Part shown: piece after piece, positions 8,601 through 10,711 of the stretch
How positions within the stretch are numbered: position 1 is the first letter of the stretch
How the letters are laid out: every line of letters starts with the position of its first letter
NCBI GenBank assembly: GCA_905261645.1
Contig: CAJNOV010013844.1
Span: 24,157 to 34,867 of the forward strand
Length of the DNA stretch: 10,711 nucleotides
Origin: Rotaria magnacalcarata
Taxonomy: Eukaryota
Direction of reading: 5' to 3'
The notes under the pieces: model-generated
Seen by the model: the letters and a program-made list of their open reading frames with translations, nothing else
Database searches by the model: none
What the model was told of the DNA's origin: nothing
Position numbers and translations under genes: made by a program

Positions 8601-10236
8601 ATAAAGTAATCTTTGAATGGTTATGAAGCAAATCCTATTGAATACAAATTTACGGAAAACTCATTTGATGCAGTTTTCTATACTGCGTGCTAATATATAG
8701 TCATTTCTTTTCAACACCAAGTTGTTCCACTATTTCGATCCAGCAAATCGATTTTGAACCTCACACGTAAATTTCCCGTCTTCGAAAAGAATTTGATTCC
8801 AAAAGTCATTTATTCATTTTTGTCCAATAGTCATGCCTAAAGGATACTTGAACTCGTTGATATACCTAGCAAAATATTTAAGTGCAAAAGTGAGAAGAGA
8901 ATTTTTGCGCTAAACCGTTAATCTGTTATTTTTCTGGAAAAACTATTTGTGTCTCTCTTGGTAAAATGGATTGATATTGCCATATTGTGTTCCCTTGTAA
9001 CTTCGGTCAACGGTTCTGAAAACTGAATCGTTTTCGGCCATAGCGATTAGAGTGTGTATATATATATGTGCTTTGGTAGTTTCTCACCATTCTCAGATTA
9101 GCCTTTACGTCTATTGATTATGTACTCATCACACCTCACATTCTGTTTTGTCCGCCTGTCTAGTCCTTACATTGCGAACTACATCTACGAGTTATCTGTT
9201 GAGCAAACAACAATGCTCAATCTGAATTTACAAGGAATACTTCTATTTGATCCGAGTATTTCAAATGACCTGTTGCAAGTGCAAATACCGTCCGTTTCAT
9301 TCGTTCACATGCACCAGAACATTTTTAATTTCAACGCTTCCTTTCTTTCGTATCTTGATGCACAGTCCGTAAAATGCGGCTACGCAAATTATAGCAATCT
9401 GTATGGATCTTATCCGCCTGCGGGACCCTTTCCCACTCTTTTCACCGACCTGAATAATATCCCGTACGAGTGTGATCTTTGGTCTGCTATTTTCAATGCT
9501 GCTCTTATTATTAATCCTGCTTTCAACATATACCGTATCACGGATACGCCTCCTATTCTCTGGGACGTTCTTGGCTTTCCCGGCTCTTTTCCGAATCAAC
9601 AATCACCCATCTACTTCAACCGTTCAGAAGTGCAAACAGTAATACATGCACCGAACATTGTGTGGACTGAATGTAGTACTAGCAATGTTTTTGTGAATGG
9701 AATCGACCAAAGTCCGGCGCCTGCACTCTCCGTTCTGCCCAACGTAATTGAAAAGAGCCATCGAACAATAATTGTCAATGGCCAACATGACTTTCGTATA
9801 ATTGCCGAAGGAACATCCTTGACTATTCAAAATATGACTTGGCATGGTATGCAAGGCTTTCAGACAAAGCCATTTTTTCGCTTTGTTGTGCCTGGTCAAG
9901 GGGATCTCGGTTTTATTCATACAGAACGTGGTCTAACTTATGCTGAAATAGTACTATCCGGACATATGGTTCCACAGTTTCAGTAAGTATAGCCGATATT
10001 TTCATTGTTTTACATACAAGGAAAAATATTGTAGACCACGAGCAGCACTGCAAATACTCCAACTCTTGCTGGGACGGATTGTGCTGGAAAATGAAACTTC
10101 GACATTATCAACATCTCCAGATTCCACGACATTCCATGCCCAAAGTAATTTGGCTTTCGCCGTTATGCATTCTTCCGCATGTTACTGTTTCTATCTTCTT
10201 TTTCAAATGTATCATTTTTTGCGCATTATTCGATAA
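5700..10236 (+). CDS. Serine carboxypeptidase, peptidase family S10, secreted or membrane-anchored; six exons, 559 aa
   Basis: Exons 5700-5892, 5949-6138, 6196-6369, 6419-6520, 9164-9982 and 10035-10236 total 1680 nt (560 codons including TAA) and all introns are GT-AG. The joined protein starts [26 protein letters not shown] (signal-peptide-like) and contains [58 protein letters not shown] (catalytic Ser), [11 protein letters not shown] (candidate catalytic Asp) and [23 protein letters not shown] (catalytic His). Confidence 0.93.
6521..9163 (+). other. Intron 4 of the S10 carboxypeptidase gene, 2643 bp
   Basis: Donor GTGAGC after ...GGATTCTACAT and acceptor GTCTAG before TCCTTACATTGC restore FYIPYIANY across the junction. 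The other four introns are 56, 57, 49 and 52 bp. Confidence 0.85.
7601..7629. repeat. 9-bp stem hairpin inside the long intron
   Basis: TTGTGGGTT-gcgttcaccct-AACCCACAA. Confidence 0.6.
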
Positions 10237-10278
10237 TTTAATCTGCAGACAATCAATACAATTTTCTTCAGAAATCTT

Positions 10279-10358
10279 GAGGATGTGGGTGCGGTTATGT
10301 ATGTTGGTGTGGCAGTCGGTGTCGCAACACGGAAGAGTAATGTTTACACCCATACCCT
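10279..10358. repeat. Weak, degenerate telomere-like block downstream of the carboxypeptidase gene
   Basis: GAGGATGTGGGTGCGG then GTTGGTGTGGCAGTCGGTGT, spacer, ACACCCATACCC. Confidence 0.3.
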
Positions 10359-10711
10359 TCTAAGACAAGATCGGGTAAGAGTTTCGACAAATATGAAGCT
10401 CAAAATGTAGAGAAAACAACGGATATGGTTTCTTCCAGCCTCTGAGAGTCTACCAACCCCTTGTTAATTATTATGAAATGCCATAGAAAGCGAGCGTTAG
10501 ATACACATAATTATAAAAACTACAAATTAATGCGGCATATCTCTCTTCGTAGGCACGTGTCTATCATCAACGAAGGCGAAAAAGCATGTATTCAGTCATT
10601 CTCCGACCCCTGAAAGTAGTTCATTTTACTCTTGAGTCACTCTATATATCCTAATATTCTCCCTGAAAACAATAGTTGAGGTTAATAATCGGTTTCATAT
10701 ACCCTATCACA

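Noticed and set aside
9297-9920. Minus-strand ORFs 9297-9602 and 9624-9920
   Set aside because: Antisense to the strongly supported carboxypeptidase exon 9164-9982, with no recognisable motifs.
10079-10363. Plus-strand ORF of 94 aa
   Set aside because: A different frame from the spliced terminal exon of the carboxypeptidase, which gives the expected [13 protein letters not shown] continuation.

Overview
AT-rich eukaryotic window with two intron-containing genes on the + strand. (1) At about 171-2337, the 3' part of a leucine-rich-repeat gene (RNI/NLRC3-like type). Seven repeats are encoded by exons of exactly 84 bp (28 codons, phase 0) separated by mostly 56-61 bp introns. One LRR exon is split by a 1000-bp fold-back element (524-1523) flanked by a TA duplication; removing the element plus one TA restores an exact 84-bp exon. 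A two-exon unit of 286 bp is tandemly duplicated next to it. (2) At 5700-10236, a complete six-exon S10-family serine carboxypeptidase. The splices join in frame to 559 aa with GGPGCSS, GESYAG and GHMVP motifs. Four introns are 49-57 bp, but the one just after the catalytic Ser motif is 2643 bp. Between and after the genes are short blocks of GGGTGT-like repeats. Each is arranged G-rich then C-rich on the + strand, like head-to-head telomere-type sequence. Bdelloid rotifers are reported to use (TGTGGG)n as telomeric repeat, so together with the compact introns a bdelloid (possibly subtelomeric) origin is a reasonable but unproven inference. There is also a minus-strand tRNA-like sequence at the left edge, a degenerate AT-rich minisatellite and a small ACCGC-rich element. 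I found no prokaryotic-type system or CRISPR array.
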